Source: Candidatus Vogelbacteria bacterium RIFOXYD1_FULL_44_32 (lineage in GTDB: Bacteria > Patescibacteriota > Minisyncoccia > Phycocordibacterales > XYD1-FULL-46-19). From it: 64,000 bases of DNA. Below the pieces are notes generated by a model that worked only from the letters and a program-made list of their open reading frames with translations, did not search any database and was not told the origin of the DNA. Below are positions 9,497 through 18,575 of the stretch, in pieces (the first letter of the stretch is position 1; every line of letters starts with the position of its first letter). The stretch is taken from positions 253,283 to 317,282 of the forward strand of contig MHTJ01000003.1 of NCBI GenBank assembly GCA_001823065.1. Reading direction: 5' to 3'. The position numbers were made by a program, and so were the translations under genes.

Positions 9497-10579
9497 ATGG
9501 CTAAAAACTATTACGAAATTTTAGGAATTGACAAGAAAGCGTCGAAAGACGATATTAAAAAACAGTTCCGTAAATTGGCCCATAAATATCACCCCGACAA
9601 GGAAGGGGGGGATGAAGCCAAGTTTAAGGAAATCAGCGAGGCTTACCAAACCCTCTCTGACGACAAAAAACGCTCCGAATACGATATGTATGGCCGAGCT
9701 TTTGCTGGTGGAGGCAACCCAGGAGCGGGCCAGGGTTTTAATGGTTTTGGTGCCGAGGGTTTTGATTTTTCCAATTTCGCTGGTGGCCAAGGTTTTGAGT
9801 TTGACCTCGGAGATATTTTTGGTGATATTTTTGGCGGTGGGAGGCAACAACAAAAGCGCGGTCGAGATATTTCTGTTGATATTCAAATTTCGTTTGAAGA
9901 ATCAATCTTTGGCGTCGAGCGAAAAATACTTATCAACAAAGTTGGCACCTGTGAAAGTTGTGCTGGTTCCGGCGCGGAAAAGGGTAGCAAAACTAAGACT
10001 TGTCCCACTTGCAACGGTAAAGGAAAAGTCCACGAAACTCGCCGGTCTTTTTTGGGTTCGGTTTCGGTCAACAAAATTTGTGAAGCCTGTCATGGTAAAG
10101 GTGAAATACCCGAAAAAGCTTGTGCAACCTGTCGGGGCGAAGGAGTGCGCAAAAAAAGTGAGGAAATTAAAATTCAAATTCCCTCTGGGATTGAGTCAGG
10201 TGAAATGATCCGCCTGTCTGGTAAAGGTGAGGCTGTACCTGGTGGCCAAACTGGTGATTTATATATCAAGGTTTATGTGGAGGCCCACAAAATCTGGAAG
10301 CGGGAGGGTGCTGATTTGCGGATGGATTTAAATGTTAAACTAACCGACGCTCTTTTGGGCGCCGAATATAATATTAAAACTTTAGAGGGCGGGGATTTAC
10401 AGATAAAAATTCCGGCGGGTATTTCTTTTGGCGAGATATTGCGGGTCAAAGAGAAAGGGGTACCCATCGACGGCAAACATCGGGGCAATCTGCTTATCCG
10501 CGTCATAATTAACACCCCCCAAAAACTTACCAAAAAGGCCCAGAAACTAGTGGAAGAGCTAAAGGAGGAAGGGGTGTAA
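9497..10579 (+). CDS. dnaJ: molecular chaperone DnaJ
   Basis: J-domain with HPD ([11 protein letters not shown]), a G/F-rich region, four CxxCxGxG zinc-finger repeats and a C-terminal domain. ATG at 9497 ([11 protein letters not shown]) is preferred over the ORF-track start at 9434. Confidence 0.95.
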   Translation: MAKNYYEILGIDKKASKDDIKKQFRKLAHKYHPDKEGGDEAKFKEISEAYQTLSDDKKRSEYDMYGRAFAGGGNPGAGQGFNGFGAEGFDFSNFAGGQGFEFDLGDIFGDIFGGGRQQQKRGRDISVDIQISFEESIFGVERKILINKVGTCESCAGSGAEKGSKTKTCPTCNGKGKVHETRRSFLGSVSVNKICEACHGKGEIPEKACATCRGEGVRKKSEEIKIQIPSGIESGEMIRLSGKGEAVPGGQTGDLYIKVYVEAHKIWKREGADLRMDLNVKLTDALLGAEYNIKTLEGGDLQIKIPAGISFGEILRVKEKGVPIDGKHRGNLLIRVIINTPQKLTKKAQKLVEELKEEGV

Positions 10580-10582
10580 AAG

Positions 10583-10609
10583 TTTGATTTTATTTTGATT
10601 CGGTATAAT
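10583..10609 (+). promoter_or_regulatory. putative sigma70-type promoter (TTGATT-N14-TATAAT) driving a non-coding transcript
   Basis: TATAAT at 10604-10609; TTGATT at 10584-10589 (short spacer). Immediately after the dnaJ stop. Confidence 0.4.
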
Positions 10610-10615
10610 ATATCG

Positions 10616-10945
10616 CCTAGGTGGATGTAGTTAGGTTATGTGGCCAGCTACAGGATATCCACCTTCTTGAGTTCTTTTTTGTGCGGAGGATTTGCTGTGG
10701 GTAATACTTCCTAGCTCCTAGGGCTTGCTTACCGGTTGGTAAGCCCGGATCACGACACAGGTCTTTTGCTACCTTGTGCGTGATCTATTTTAACCGGCGT
10801 CAAAGAGGGCGCATCAAGCCCCAGGGTAGTCTGTTGCTGATTTAAAGCCACCTCACCTCAATGAGCTCTGGACTACTTCAAAACAGTAACCACCCCACCA
10901 TCTTGCCCGAGAGGGAGGATTTGATTCCTCCCCCGGGCCTTTTTA
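10616..10945 (+). ncRNA. candidate structured non-coding RNA of unknown family (about 330 nt) ending in an intrinsic terminator
   Basis: No ORF of 60 aa or more on either strand. Multiple nested hairpins (GGTGGAT...ATCCACC, GCTTACCGGTTGGTAAGC, GATCACG...CGTGATC). Terminator GCCCGAGAGGGAGGA-TTTGA-TTCCTCCCCCGGGC + TTTTT at 10905-10945. Confidence 0.4.
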
Positions 10946-11108
10946 TTTGACAAAAAATTTAGGTATAGTATAGATATAATATGAATCAGTTTTATCACAA
11001 GCGAGATATGGCCACTCTATCCGTCATCGACAACGGCGATTTTTGCCTTTTTCCTAGCTGTGATAATTCTAAAACTATCTAAATAACCCCTCAATCCTGA
11101 TTTAGAAT

Positions 11109-11147
11109 CACCTCAGCTGGGCAAAAGCACCACTGAGGTGATTTTGT
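11109..11147 (+). terminator. intrinsic terminator (CACCTCAG ... CTGAGGTG + ATTTTGTT) just upstream of the GNAT gene
   Basis: 8-bp stem, 16-nt loop, T-run. Confidence 0.55.
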
Positions 11148-11178
11148 TGCAGTTTGGTCTTTGACAAGGAGATTAATC

Positions 11179-11727
11179 ATGGAAAGAGTAATGTGCTTGG
11201 TTGGAAAAGTGGTCTCGCTTGGGCTTTTAACGATTGATGACGTGGACACGCTCACTCGTTGGATAAATCAGGAGGAGATGAGGGAATATCTCTCCACCTA
11301 CCTGCCAATGTATGCGAGCCAAGAGAAAGAGTGGATCGAAAAGTTACCGAGCCGAATGCCAAATGATTTTGTCTTCGGAATCATCGATAACGAGACCAAA
11401 ACATTACTAGGCAACATCGGACTTCATCGGGTAAAGCAAAAGGACGGCCTAGCCCACGCTGGCATATTTATCGGCGATAGGCAAAACCGCAAAAAAGGGG
11501 TAGCAACCGAGGCGGGACAACTACTCTTGAAGTATGCCTTCGACACCCTGAACCTTCGCAAGGTGATACACGAAGCTTTTGCTCACAATGAGGCAAGTAT
11601 TGCCCTGGGTAAAAAGTTGGGAGCCAAACAAGAAGGGGTGATGAAAAGTCACCTCTTCATTAACGGTCGCTATGTCGATGTGGTGATCATGTCTTACTTC
11701 CGACCTGGTTGCGAACCAAAAGATTAG
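11179..11727 (+). CDS. GNAT-family N-acetyltransferase (RimJ/RimL-like)
   Basis: 182 aa from the ATG preceded by AAGGAG. GNAT acetyl-CoA motif region IGLHRV...GIFIGDRQNRKKGVATEAGQLLLKYAFDTLNLRKVIHEAFAHNEASIALGKKLGAKQEG. Confidence 0.85.
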   Translation: MERVMCLVGKVVSLGLLTIDDVDTLTRWINQEEMREYLSTYLPMYASQEKEWIEKLPSRMPNDFVFGIIDNETKTLLGNIGLHRVKQKDGLAHAGIFIGDRQNRKKGVATEAGQLLLKYAFDTLNLRKVIHEAFAHNEASIALGKKLGAKQEGVMKSHLFINGRYVDVVIMSYFRPGCEPKD

Positions 11728-11773
11728 AAAGCCATCTCTGCTACGCCATGGTTGCAAATGCCAGTGTCTCTGC

Positions 11774-11808
11774 GCCGCCTACCCCCACCAGGGAGAGGCG
11801 GCTTTTTT
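11774..11808 (+). terminator. intrinsic terminator (GCCGCCT-loop-AGGCGGC + TTTTTTG)
   Basis: Follows the GNAT stop. Confidence 0.7.
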
Positions 11809-11873
11809 GTTTCAAAATCTACGGTACAGTCAAAATAATTGATTTAAACCCCTTATTTAATATACTAAACTAT

Positions 11874-12872
11874 ATGGAAAAATTTTTATCGCCAGAAAAT
11901 GAACAAAACAATTTTGTCGAAACAAAACTAGATGCTGACCCCAAGCCTGAGTATGATGAAGATATCAATCCTGATGAGATATTTAGAAAAGCGGGAATAG
12001 AAATACAAGAAAATGAGGTTCGGGCAGAAATCATTCAAATAGTTGAGCAGTGGTTTGCCGAAAAAGAATCTCAATTTAAAGAAAAATTGACTGGCTTTGG
12101 CATGAGTGAAAAGGACATCAATCTTAAATTAAGTGTGACAAAAAGTATTTTATTTAACGAACTGCGCACAATCGGCCAATCGTTTAGTGATATAAAGAAA
12201 AAATTACCTGAGATAAAAGACCAATTAAAGAAAACGGCTGATGTAGAATCGGTATACAGCTGGCTGGAAGTGTCTTCACCACTGGCCCTTCTGATATTAT
12301 TTAAACGCAAACTAACAGGCGATATCAATGAGCAGGATAGGAAGATTTTAGCAATAATAGACCACCTTATTCACAATCAAGTGAAAGGGAGCTACAACTC
12401 AATTACAGAAGAGCTAACAATTTCATTTTTTAATGACAGCCCGTTTGAAGACTGGAACAAAACCTTGACCCATGAATTGACTCACTGCGGTCTTAGTCAC
12501 GCCGTACCAGAGGCAACAGATATTTCGTTTAATCAAAGCCTAAAAGCTCGAACTACAGAAAATAACAGAACCAATCAAGTGGCTATTAATAGTTATTTAC
12601 GATTACTACTGGCTATAGACGAATCGGCGGCCCACTTAGCCGAAGGTAGGTCGCCCTCCTATAAATCTTATGCCAATAAAATTAGCCCTCGGACTTTTGC
12701 AATGATTTATGAAGCGCTAAAAAATATTACTGACGGCAAAGATAAAAAAGAAGCCGACCAAATTTTTGTCAAAATCTATAAAGAAATCACTAGTCGATGG
12801 CACGAGGACATAACCCTAGAAGAAGTCGCCGGAATGATTATTGACATCAAAAACAATAAGATAATTCTATAG
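11874..12872 (+). CDS. hypothetical protein with an HExxH (HELTH) metallopeptidase-like motif
   Basis: 332 aa from ATG 11874 (MEKFLSPENEQ...). The longer ORF-track start at 11709 overlaps the upstream terminator. Motif LTHELTHCGLSH. No confident family assignment. Confidence 0.55.
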   Translation: MEKFLSPENEQNNFVETKLDADPKPEYDEDINPDEIFRKAGIEIQENEVRAEIIQIVEQWFAEKESQFKEKLTGFGMSEKDINLKLSVTKSILFNELRTIGQSFSDIKKKLPEIKDQLKKTADVESVYSWLEVSSPLALLILFKRKLTGDINEQDRKILAIIDHLIHNQVKGSYNSITEELTISFFNDSPFEDWNKTLTHELTHCGLSHAVPEATDISFNQSLKARTTENNRTNQVAINSYLRLLLAIDESAAHLAEGRSPSYKSYANKISPRTFAMIYEALKNITDGKDKKEADQIFVKIYKEITSRWHEDITLEEVAGMIIDIKNNKIIL

Positions 12873-12911
12873 GTTTTCAGATATTTGAATTCGCGGTATA
12901 ATCTAAAAACT

Positions 12912-13886
12912 ATGTCTACTAAAAAAATTCTTCTGTCGGGTATCAAACCCACCGGTCGGCCCCATATTGGTAATTATTTTGGGGCGATGAAGCAGTTTGT
13001 CGAGCTCCAGGACGCCCACGACAGCTTCTATATGATCGCCAACTATCATGGACTTAACTATATCCAAAATGGCCCAGAAATGGCCGATTTGACCCTAAAT
13101 CTGGCTATTGACTACCTAGCCGTCGGTCTTGACCCAGCTAAATCAGTTATTTTCAAACAATCCGATATTCCCGAGCATACCGAGTTGGCTTGGATTTTTG
13201 ACACTATTACCACGATGCCTTACCTAATGCGAGCGCATGCCTTTAAGGATGCGGAAGCTAAAAACAAGGAAATCAGCGTGGGCGCATTTAATTATCCCAT
13301 GCTAATGGCGGCCGACATTTTAATTTACGATACCGATGTCGTACCAGTGGGCCAAGATCAAAAACAGCATGTCGAATATGCCCGCGACACCGCCGAAAAA
13401 TTTAACCGCATTTTTGGTGAGACTTTTAAATTACCAGAGCCGAAAATTTTAGAAGATGTTGCCGTGGTACCCGGTCTCGACGGTCAGAAAATGTCTAAAA
13501 GTTATAACAATACCATTCCACTTTTTGCGGAGGACAATGAGATCCGCGCCTTGTGTATGAAAATAGTGACCGACTCTAAATCGCCCGACGAACCCAAAGA
13601 CCCAAGTACCGACAATATATTTGCCCTTCATAAATTATTTGCTCTCGATAATTTAGCCGAGATAGAAACTCGTTATCGCGAAGGTAAAATATCCTACAAG
13701 GAATCTAAAGAAATTTTAGCCGATAATATTATTAAATTTGTTACTCCACTACGAGAGAAAAGAAAAGCTATTGCCACTGACCCAGCTAAAGTCAAAGCGA
13801 TACTAGCCGAAGGCGGGGAAAAAGCCCGTGCTCGCGCTGTCGCCAAAATGAAAGACGTGAAAGAAAAAACTGGGCTTAGTTTCTAA
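12912..13886 (+). CDS. trpS: tryptophanyl-tRNA synthetase
   Basis: Class I HIGH-like motif (KPTGRPHIGN) and KMSKS (GQKMSKS). Length about 324 aa, typical of TrpRS. ATG at 12912 (MSTKKILLSGIKPTG). Confidence 0.92.
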   Translation: MSTKKILLSGIKPTGRPHIGNYFGAMKQFVELQDAHDSFYMIANYHGLNYIQNGPEMADLTLNLAIDYLAVGLDPAKSVIFKQSDIPEHTELAWIFDTITTMPYLMRAHAFKDAEAKNKEISVGAFNYPMLMAADILIYDTDVVPVGQDQKQHVEYARDTAEKFNRIFGETFKLPEPKILEDVAVVPGLDGQKMSKSYNNTIPLFAEDNEIRALCMKIVTDSKSPDEPKDPSTDNIFALHKLFALDNLAEIETRYREGKISYKESKEILADNIIKFVTPLREKRKAIATDPAKVKAILAEGGEKARARAVAKMKDVKEKTGLSF

Positions 13887-13906
13887 TTATTAATAACACC
13901 TAACCA

Positions 13907-15697
13907 ATGGCCAAAAAGAAAACTCTCACTAAAGAGGACTATTTAAAAGGTCTCAAGACTATTTTCCATTACCTAGCCGAACACCGCCAAGCCATGAAAA
14001 TATTGATTGGCGTGGCTTTGGTTTTGTCAGTGACTAACCCGCTTATCCCGTACATCACGGGGAAAATGCTAGATACTATTCTCAAGACTGAAACATTCCA
14101 TTTTGGCTCGTTTGGTTTTCAGGCTGTATATGGCTGGCTCTTGGTTTGGCTTTTAGTTCAACTAATTACCTACACCCTCGAGCAGGTGCGCAGTTTCCAA
14201 ACTGGTGTATTAGATATGACCTTATACGCTAGATACGTGGCCAATGGCTACAACCATCTATTAAATTTACCCCTTTCCTTTCACAAAAAGAAAAAAATGG
14301 GGCCACTTTTAAACTCGATTCAACGTAGTGCCAATATGTTTTCGGATATTTCCACTCGAGTCATCATCAATCTAGCACCACAATTTTTAAGTATTTTAGT
14401 GGCAATCTCTATTACTATTACCGTCAACGCCCAGATTGCTGGCCTGATGCTCTGTGGTGTTTTGGCCTATATTTTAGTACTGATGCGCACGATTGCTCCC
14501 GGCACAGTTATCCAAAGGAAAATCCAAGCGGGGTGGATGAAAGCCTGGCGCGCTGGTCACGATAGTCTAGACAACCTAATGGCTGTCAAGCAGATGACTG
14601 CTGAAAGTTATGAGCAACGAAAAAATATCCGCAATTTCCTGACTGGTGCTCTAGGCAACAATATTCTAATGGTCCAGTTGATGAAAAAAATAGGTTTTTA
14701 CCAAAAACTTATTATTTTGGTCACGCAGACGATCGTCTTTGTCTTGGCTATTATTTTTATTCAAAGAGGTGAGATGACGATTGGCCAGCTGATCGCAATT
14801 ACTAGCTACACAGGTATGCTTTTTGCCCCATTCATAACCCTCGGTGACTACTGGCGCACCGTGCAAAACGGTTTCATTTCTCTAGAAGAGTCTGAAAAAA
14901 TCCTTAAGGCCGTACCCGAGGAATATGAGCCAGCTGGGGCTATCTCCTTACCAAGTATTAAAGGGAAAATTAGTTTTCAAAATGTTCACTTTTCTTATGA
15001 ACCCAAGACACCAGTCCTAAAAAATATTAATTTTGAAATTAAAGCCGGCGAAGTGATTGCTCTAGTGGGAAAATCTGGTGAAGGTAAGAGCACCTTGATA
15101 GATTTACTGTCGGGCTATAATTTTGTCAACAAAGGAAAAATTCTAATTGATGATGTTGATGTCAAAAAAATAAATCTAAAATTCTTGCGTTCCCATATTG
15201 GCATCGTGCCCCAAGAAGTTGTGCTTTTTAATGACACCATCGGCACTAATATAAAGTATGGCAACTTTGAGGCAACTGAGAAAGCGATGTCCCTAGCCGC
15301 CGAAAAAGCCCACGCTCTAGAATTTATTACTAAGTTTCCCAAAAAATGGAAGCAAGTTGTGGGGGATAGAGGGGTAAAACTGTCGGTCGGTCAAAAACAA
15401 AGAGTGGCGATTGCGCGGGCCATTCTCCGTAATCCAGCAATTCTAATTTTAGATGAGCCCACATCGGCCCTCGATGCCGAATCAGAACACTTTATTACCA
15501 ACTCGCTAGAAGAACTAATGCGGGGGCGAACTACCTTTATTATTGCTCACCGCCTTTCTACGGTCCGCCGCGCCGACAAAATTTTTGTTTTTCAGGGAGG
15601 TGAGATTGTCGAAACCGGTAAACACGACGAACTTATTACTAGAGAAAACGGTGTCTACCGCCACCTCTACGAACTTCAGATTGGGCTACATAAATAA
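13907..15697 (+). CDS. ABC transporter, fused permease/ATP-binding protein (type I exporter, MsbA-like)
   Basis: 596 aa with six predicted TM helices. Walker A GKSGEGKST, ABC signature LSVGQKQRVAIARA, Walker B ILILDEPTSALD. Confidence 0.9.
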   Translation: MAKKKTLTKEDYLKGLKTIFHYLAEHRQAMKILIGVALVLSVTNPLIPYITGKMLDTILKTETFHFGSFGFQAVYGWLLVWLLVQLITYTLEQVRSFQTGVLDMTLYARYVANGYNHLLNLPLSFHKKKKMGPLLNSIQRSANMFSDISTRVIINLAPQFLSILVAISITITVNAQIAGLMLCGVLAYILVLMRTIAPGTVIQRKIQAGWMKAWRAGHDSLDNLMAVKQMTAESYEQRKNIRNFLTGALGNNILMVQLMKKIGFYQKLIILVTQTIVFVLAIIFIQRGEMTIGQLIAITSYTGMLFAPFITLGDYWRTVQNGFISLEESEKILKAVPEEYEPAGAISLPSIKGKISFQNVHFSYEPKTPVLKNINFEIKAGEVIALVGKSGEGKSTLIDLLSGYNFVNKGKILIDDVDVKKINLKFLRSHIGIVPQEVVLFNDTIGTNIKYGNFEATEKAMSLAAEKAHALEFITKFPKKWKQVVGDRGVKLSVGQKQRVAIARAILRNPAILILDEPTSALDAESEHFITNSLEELMRGRTTFIIAHRLSTVRRADKIFVFQGGEIVETGKHDELITRENGVYRHLYELQIGLHK

Positions 15698-15734
15698 TTT
15701 GCGAGCCATACGCTTGTTTGCTAGACTCTAAACT

Positions 15735-17054
15735 ATGAATGAACGAACTCTAATTGGCGATTTAAACCAAAAAATTGGGGAAGAGGTACTCATTAAAGGC
15801 TGGGTAGATGTCCGGCGTGACCAAGGAAAAATGGTGTTTTTTGATTTCCGCGATCGTAGCGGTAAAGTCCAGGGAGTGGTCCTGCCTAATAGTCCAGCCA
15901 TTGATATTGCCAAAGAAACCCGCAATGAATTTGTAGTGGCTGTTACTGGTCTTGTTAATAAACGACCAGAAAAAAATATCAAAATTAGCGTCCAAAACGG
16001 CGATATTGAATTGGAAATAATTGGTATCGATGTTTTAGCGGAAGCCGAGGCTCTACCATTTGATATGTCGGCTGATGGTTTTAATCTAGACCTCGTGACT
16101 GAACTAGAGCACCGGGCACTATCGCTCCGCCACCCCAAACTGCAAGCGATTTTTAAAGTGCAAGCAGTTATTATTGATTCCTTCCGTGAGTTTATGAAAT
16201 CTCAAGATTTTTTCGAATTTCAAGCACCAGCGATTGTCCCAGCCACCGCTGAAGGGGGAGCGGAGGTTTTCAAAATAGACTACTTTGACAAAAAAGCTTA
16301 TCTTAGCCAGTCACCTCAGCTTTACAAACAAATTGTTATGACCGCCTTTGAGCGTGTTTTTTCCGTAAATAAAATTTTTCGCGCCGAACCCAGTGCCACC
16401 ACTCGCCACCTCACTGAAGTTGTATCACTCGATGCCGAGATGGCGTTTATTGATTCTTGGCGTGATGTTCGCGATATGTCAGAAAGCTGCGTGCGCCATA
16501 TATTGGAACAAGTAAAAACAAAATGTGAACATGAATTAACTTTTCTAGAAGCCGAGCTACCGGTTATGATAAAAGAAACTCCGACTCTCTCTCTAACAGA
16601 AGCGTTAGAAAAATTAGGAGCACCCACCGACAAAGACCTAAACCCGGAACAAGAGCGTAAACTCTGTGAAATGATTAAAACTGAAACCGGCTCGGACTTT
16701 GTTTATGTTTACGGCTACCCAACCAAACAAAAACCTTTTTATGTTTATCCCAACCCAGCCAACCCTGAATTTAACGAAGGTATGGACCTTCTTTGTCGCG
16801 GTGTTGAGTGGCTTTCTGGTGGCCGGCGTATTAATGACTTCAAACAATTAATGAATCACGTCGAGGAGTGGGGGATGGACCCAGCTAAGATAGAAATGTT
16901 CCTAGAGGCCTTTCGTTATGGTGCCCCTCCCGAAGGGGGGTTTGCCTTTGGCGCCGAGCGGATGACCATGCAGATTTTGGGCCTAAAAAATGTGCGCGAA
17001 GCATGTATGTTCCCGCGTGACCTCAACCGTATTGACGGCCTTTTGTCAAAATAG
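15735..17054 (+). CDS. aspS: class IIb aminoacyl-tRNA synthetase, archaeal-type aspartyl- (or asparaginyl-) tRNA synthetase
   Basis: 439 aa. N-terminal OB anticodon-binding domain, motif 2 FRAEPSATTRHLTEVVSLDAEMAF, motif 3 GGFAFGAERMTMQILGLKNVREACMFPRD. AspRS and AsnRS cannot be separated by eye. Confidence 0.85.
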   Translation: MNERTLIGDLNQKIGEEVLIKGWVDVRRDQGKMVFFDFRDRSGKVQGVVLPNSPAIDIAKETRNEFVVAVTGLVNKRPEKNIKISVQNGDIELEIIGIDVLAEAEALPFDMSADGFNLDLVTELEHRALSLRHPKLQAIFKVQAVIIDSFREFMKSQDFFEFQAPAIVPATAEGGAEVFKIDYFDKKAYLSQSPQLYKQIVMTAFERVFSVNKIFRAEPSATTRHLTEVVSLDAEMAFIDSWRDVRDMSESCVRHILEQVKTKCEHELTFLEAELPVMIKETPTLSLTEALEKLGAPTDKDLNPEQERKLCEMIKTETGSDFVYVYGYPTKQKPFYVYPNPANPEFNEGMDLLCRGVEWLSGGRRINDFKQLMNHVEEWGMDPAKIEMFLEAFRYGAPPEGGFAFGAERMTMQILGLKNVREACMFPRDLNRIDGLLSK

Positions 17055-17058
17055 AGTA

Positions 17059-17086
17059 TTGACAAAAAACTCCTATCTGCTATAAT
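17059..17086 (+). promoter_or_regulatory. consensus sigma70 promoter TTGACA-N16-TATAAT
   Basis: TTGACA at 17059-17064 and TATAAT at 17081-17086, directly after the aspS stop. Confidence 0.7.
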
Positions 17087-17093
17087 ATTTGGT

Positions 17094-17297
17094 AGATGCT
17101 CATTCCTGCCTTGGGACCGTGGCCGAGAGCGGTTGGTAGAGTAGGACCTCCAAGCCTACCTTTACTCCAAACGCCCTAGTGCCGACCGTGATCGCCATGG
17201 TCCCAAGCAGCTGTCTCATAGGGGGCTATCATAATTTCATCTGCCCCCGTTTTATTCCCGAGGCCGACACACCCAGTGTTGGCCTCCTTTTTGTTTT
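17094..17297 (+). ncRNA. candidate small RNA (about 200 nt): long imperfect hairpin closed by an 18-bp stem, then two intrinsic terminators
   Basis: Closing stem CCTGCCTTGGGACCGTGG / CCATGGTCCCAAGCAG. Terminator 1 GGGGGC...GCCCCC + GTTTTATT (17221-17256). Terminator 2 GAGGCCGACA...TGTTGGCCTC + CTTTTTGTTTT (17260-17297). No coding potential. Confidence 0.5.
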
Positions 17298-17324
17298 AAA
17301 GGAAAAAAGTTACAATATAAAAAT

Positions 17325-18053
17325 ATGACAGCCTCCTTTGCCTTAAAACTTGATGATTTTGAGGGACCACTTGACCTATTACTACAACTTATTGAAAAAA
17401 GGAAATTGCATATTAGTAAGGTTAATATTGCCGCTGTTACCGACGATTATATTGCCTATCTTTCACAATTTGAGCATCTACCTAAACACGAGACCGCCGA
17501 TTTTTTGGTGGTGGCTTCAACTTTAATGTTGATAAAATCGTCATCACTACTACCAAATCTAAATCTAACTACCGAAGAAGAAACCGATGCCGCCGAATTA
17601 GAAAGACGATTAAAACTCTATCAATATATTCAAGAAGTAGCCCAGAAACTTAAAAATATTTATGGTCAAAATTCTTTGTATTTTCGAGAACCAAATAAAA
17701 ATATTGTACCCGTCTTTGTCACTACACCAGAAATTACCACACCAAACCTTTTAATGGCAGTAAAAACCGTCCTTCAATCACTTCCTAAACTAGAACTCAC
17801 CCCCCAAGTCATTGTTAAAAAAATACGGAGTTTACAAGAAACGATTGATGACCTGGCGAGCCGGATTCAGCGAGCGATCTCGCTAAAATTTAGTGAGTTT
17901 GCTCCCCGTGACAAAGCGGAAAAAGTAAATGTCATTGTTAGTTTTTTGGGTATGCTGGAATTGGTTAAACAAGGAATGATCGAAGTCGAGCAACATACCC
18001 ACTATGCCGATATAGATATGCAGAGCACTAGACCGGGAATGCCTAGGTATTAA
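17325..18053 (+). CDS. scpA: segregation and condensation protein A
   Basis: 242 aa. N-terminal FEGPLDLLLQLIEKRKLHISKVNIAAVTDDY is the ScpA signature. Confidence 0.88.
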   Translation: MTASFALKLDDFEGPLDLLLQLIEKRKLHISKVNIAAVTDDYIAYLSQFEHLPKHETADFLVVASTLMLIKSSSLLPNLNLTTEEETDAAELERRLKLYQYIQEVAQKLKNIYGQNSLYFREPNKNIVPVFVTTPEITTPNLLMAVKTVLQSLPKLELTPQVIVKKIRSLQETIDDLASRIQRAISLKFSEFAPRDKAEKVNVIVSFLGMLELVKQGMIEVEQHTHYADIDMQSTRPGMPRY

Positions 18054-18057
18054 AAAT

Positions 18058-18084
18058 CCGCGAGCAGGCTAGGCCTGCTCGCGG
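18058..18084. terminator. perfect 12-bp palindromic hairpin (CCGCGAGCAGGC-TAG-GCCTGCTCGCGG) between convergent scpA (+) and the lipoprotein gene (-)
   Basis: A T-run follows on the minus strand and an A-run precedes on the plus strand, so it may act bidirectionally. Confidence 0.6.
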
Positions 18085-18105
18085 TATCGAAGAAATTAGA
18101 AATTT

Positions 18106-18456
18106 TCATTCCTTTTTCTCCGGTGGAATTGACTCGGTTTTGATATGGTAAACCACATCACCCCCGACCTGTTCGGCGACCTCGAGTTTGACTCGGTCAC
18201 CAAATCGGATATTTTCACCAATAGGCATATCCACCGTCACCAGACGGGTAATTGCCCGCCCTCCGCCATCAAACACCACCACACAGACACCGGTCTGCGC
18301 CCCTTTGAAGGCGGTGGGCTTGGTGGTGACCACCCCCTCGGTCATTACCACCCGAAAACCAACTTCAAGTGGGGTGTTGGGGGTTTCGTTTGTGTCTATA
18401 GTGGCACAGCCACAAACAAACCCGGCAAGCACCCCGGCAATAAAAAATCTATTCAT
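18106..18456 (-). CDS. putative lipoprotein (signal peptide with lipobox-like FVCGC)
   Basis: Start assigned at MNRFFIAGVLAGFVCGCATID. No family recognised. Confidence 0.5.
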   Translation of the reverse strand: MNRFFIAGVLAGFVCGCATIDTNETPNTPLEVGFRVVMTEGVVTTKPTAFKGAQTGVCVVVFDGGGRAITRLVTVDMPIGENIRFGDRVKLEVAEQVGGDVVYHIKTESIPPEKKE

Positions 18457-18575
18457 CTCTTTCCTTTTCCTTTCTTGTTCAAACCCGCTTTTTTTTATCA
18501 TATTTAGACCAACGTGTCAATGTTTAACATAACCCCAAGTTTTGATTGGTCAAGATGGTTTTTAAACGGTATAAT

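Noticed and set aside
9521-10533. Multiple ORFs overlapping dnaJ on both strands (9521-9886 -, 9528-10208 +, 9883-10177 -, 10273-10533 -)
   Set aside because: Nested within the well-supported dnaJ reading frame (J-domain, Zn fingers). Products lack features.
10616-10945. Identity of the dnaJ-downstream RNA as RNase P RNA or tmRNA (also considered for 60325-60621 and 17094-17297)
   Set aside because: Searched by eye for RNase P P4/CR-I (AGGAAAGUCC), CR-IV/V (ACAGAA..GGCUUA), the tmRNA T-arm + CCA and tag reading frame, and SRP domain IV (GGAA / AGCAGC). None is present in canonical form or order, so family is left unassigned. Needs covariance-model search.
10981-11082. 33-aa ORF (MNQFYHKRDMATLSVIDNGDFCLFPSCDNSKTI) between the two terminators upstream of the GNAT gene
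   Set aside because: No ribosome-binding site, no hydrophobic or otherwise recognisable features. Retained only as part of the unexplained spacer.
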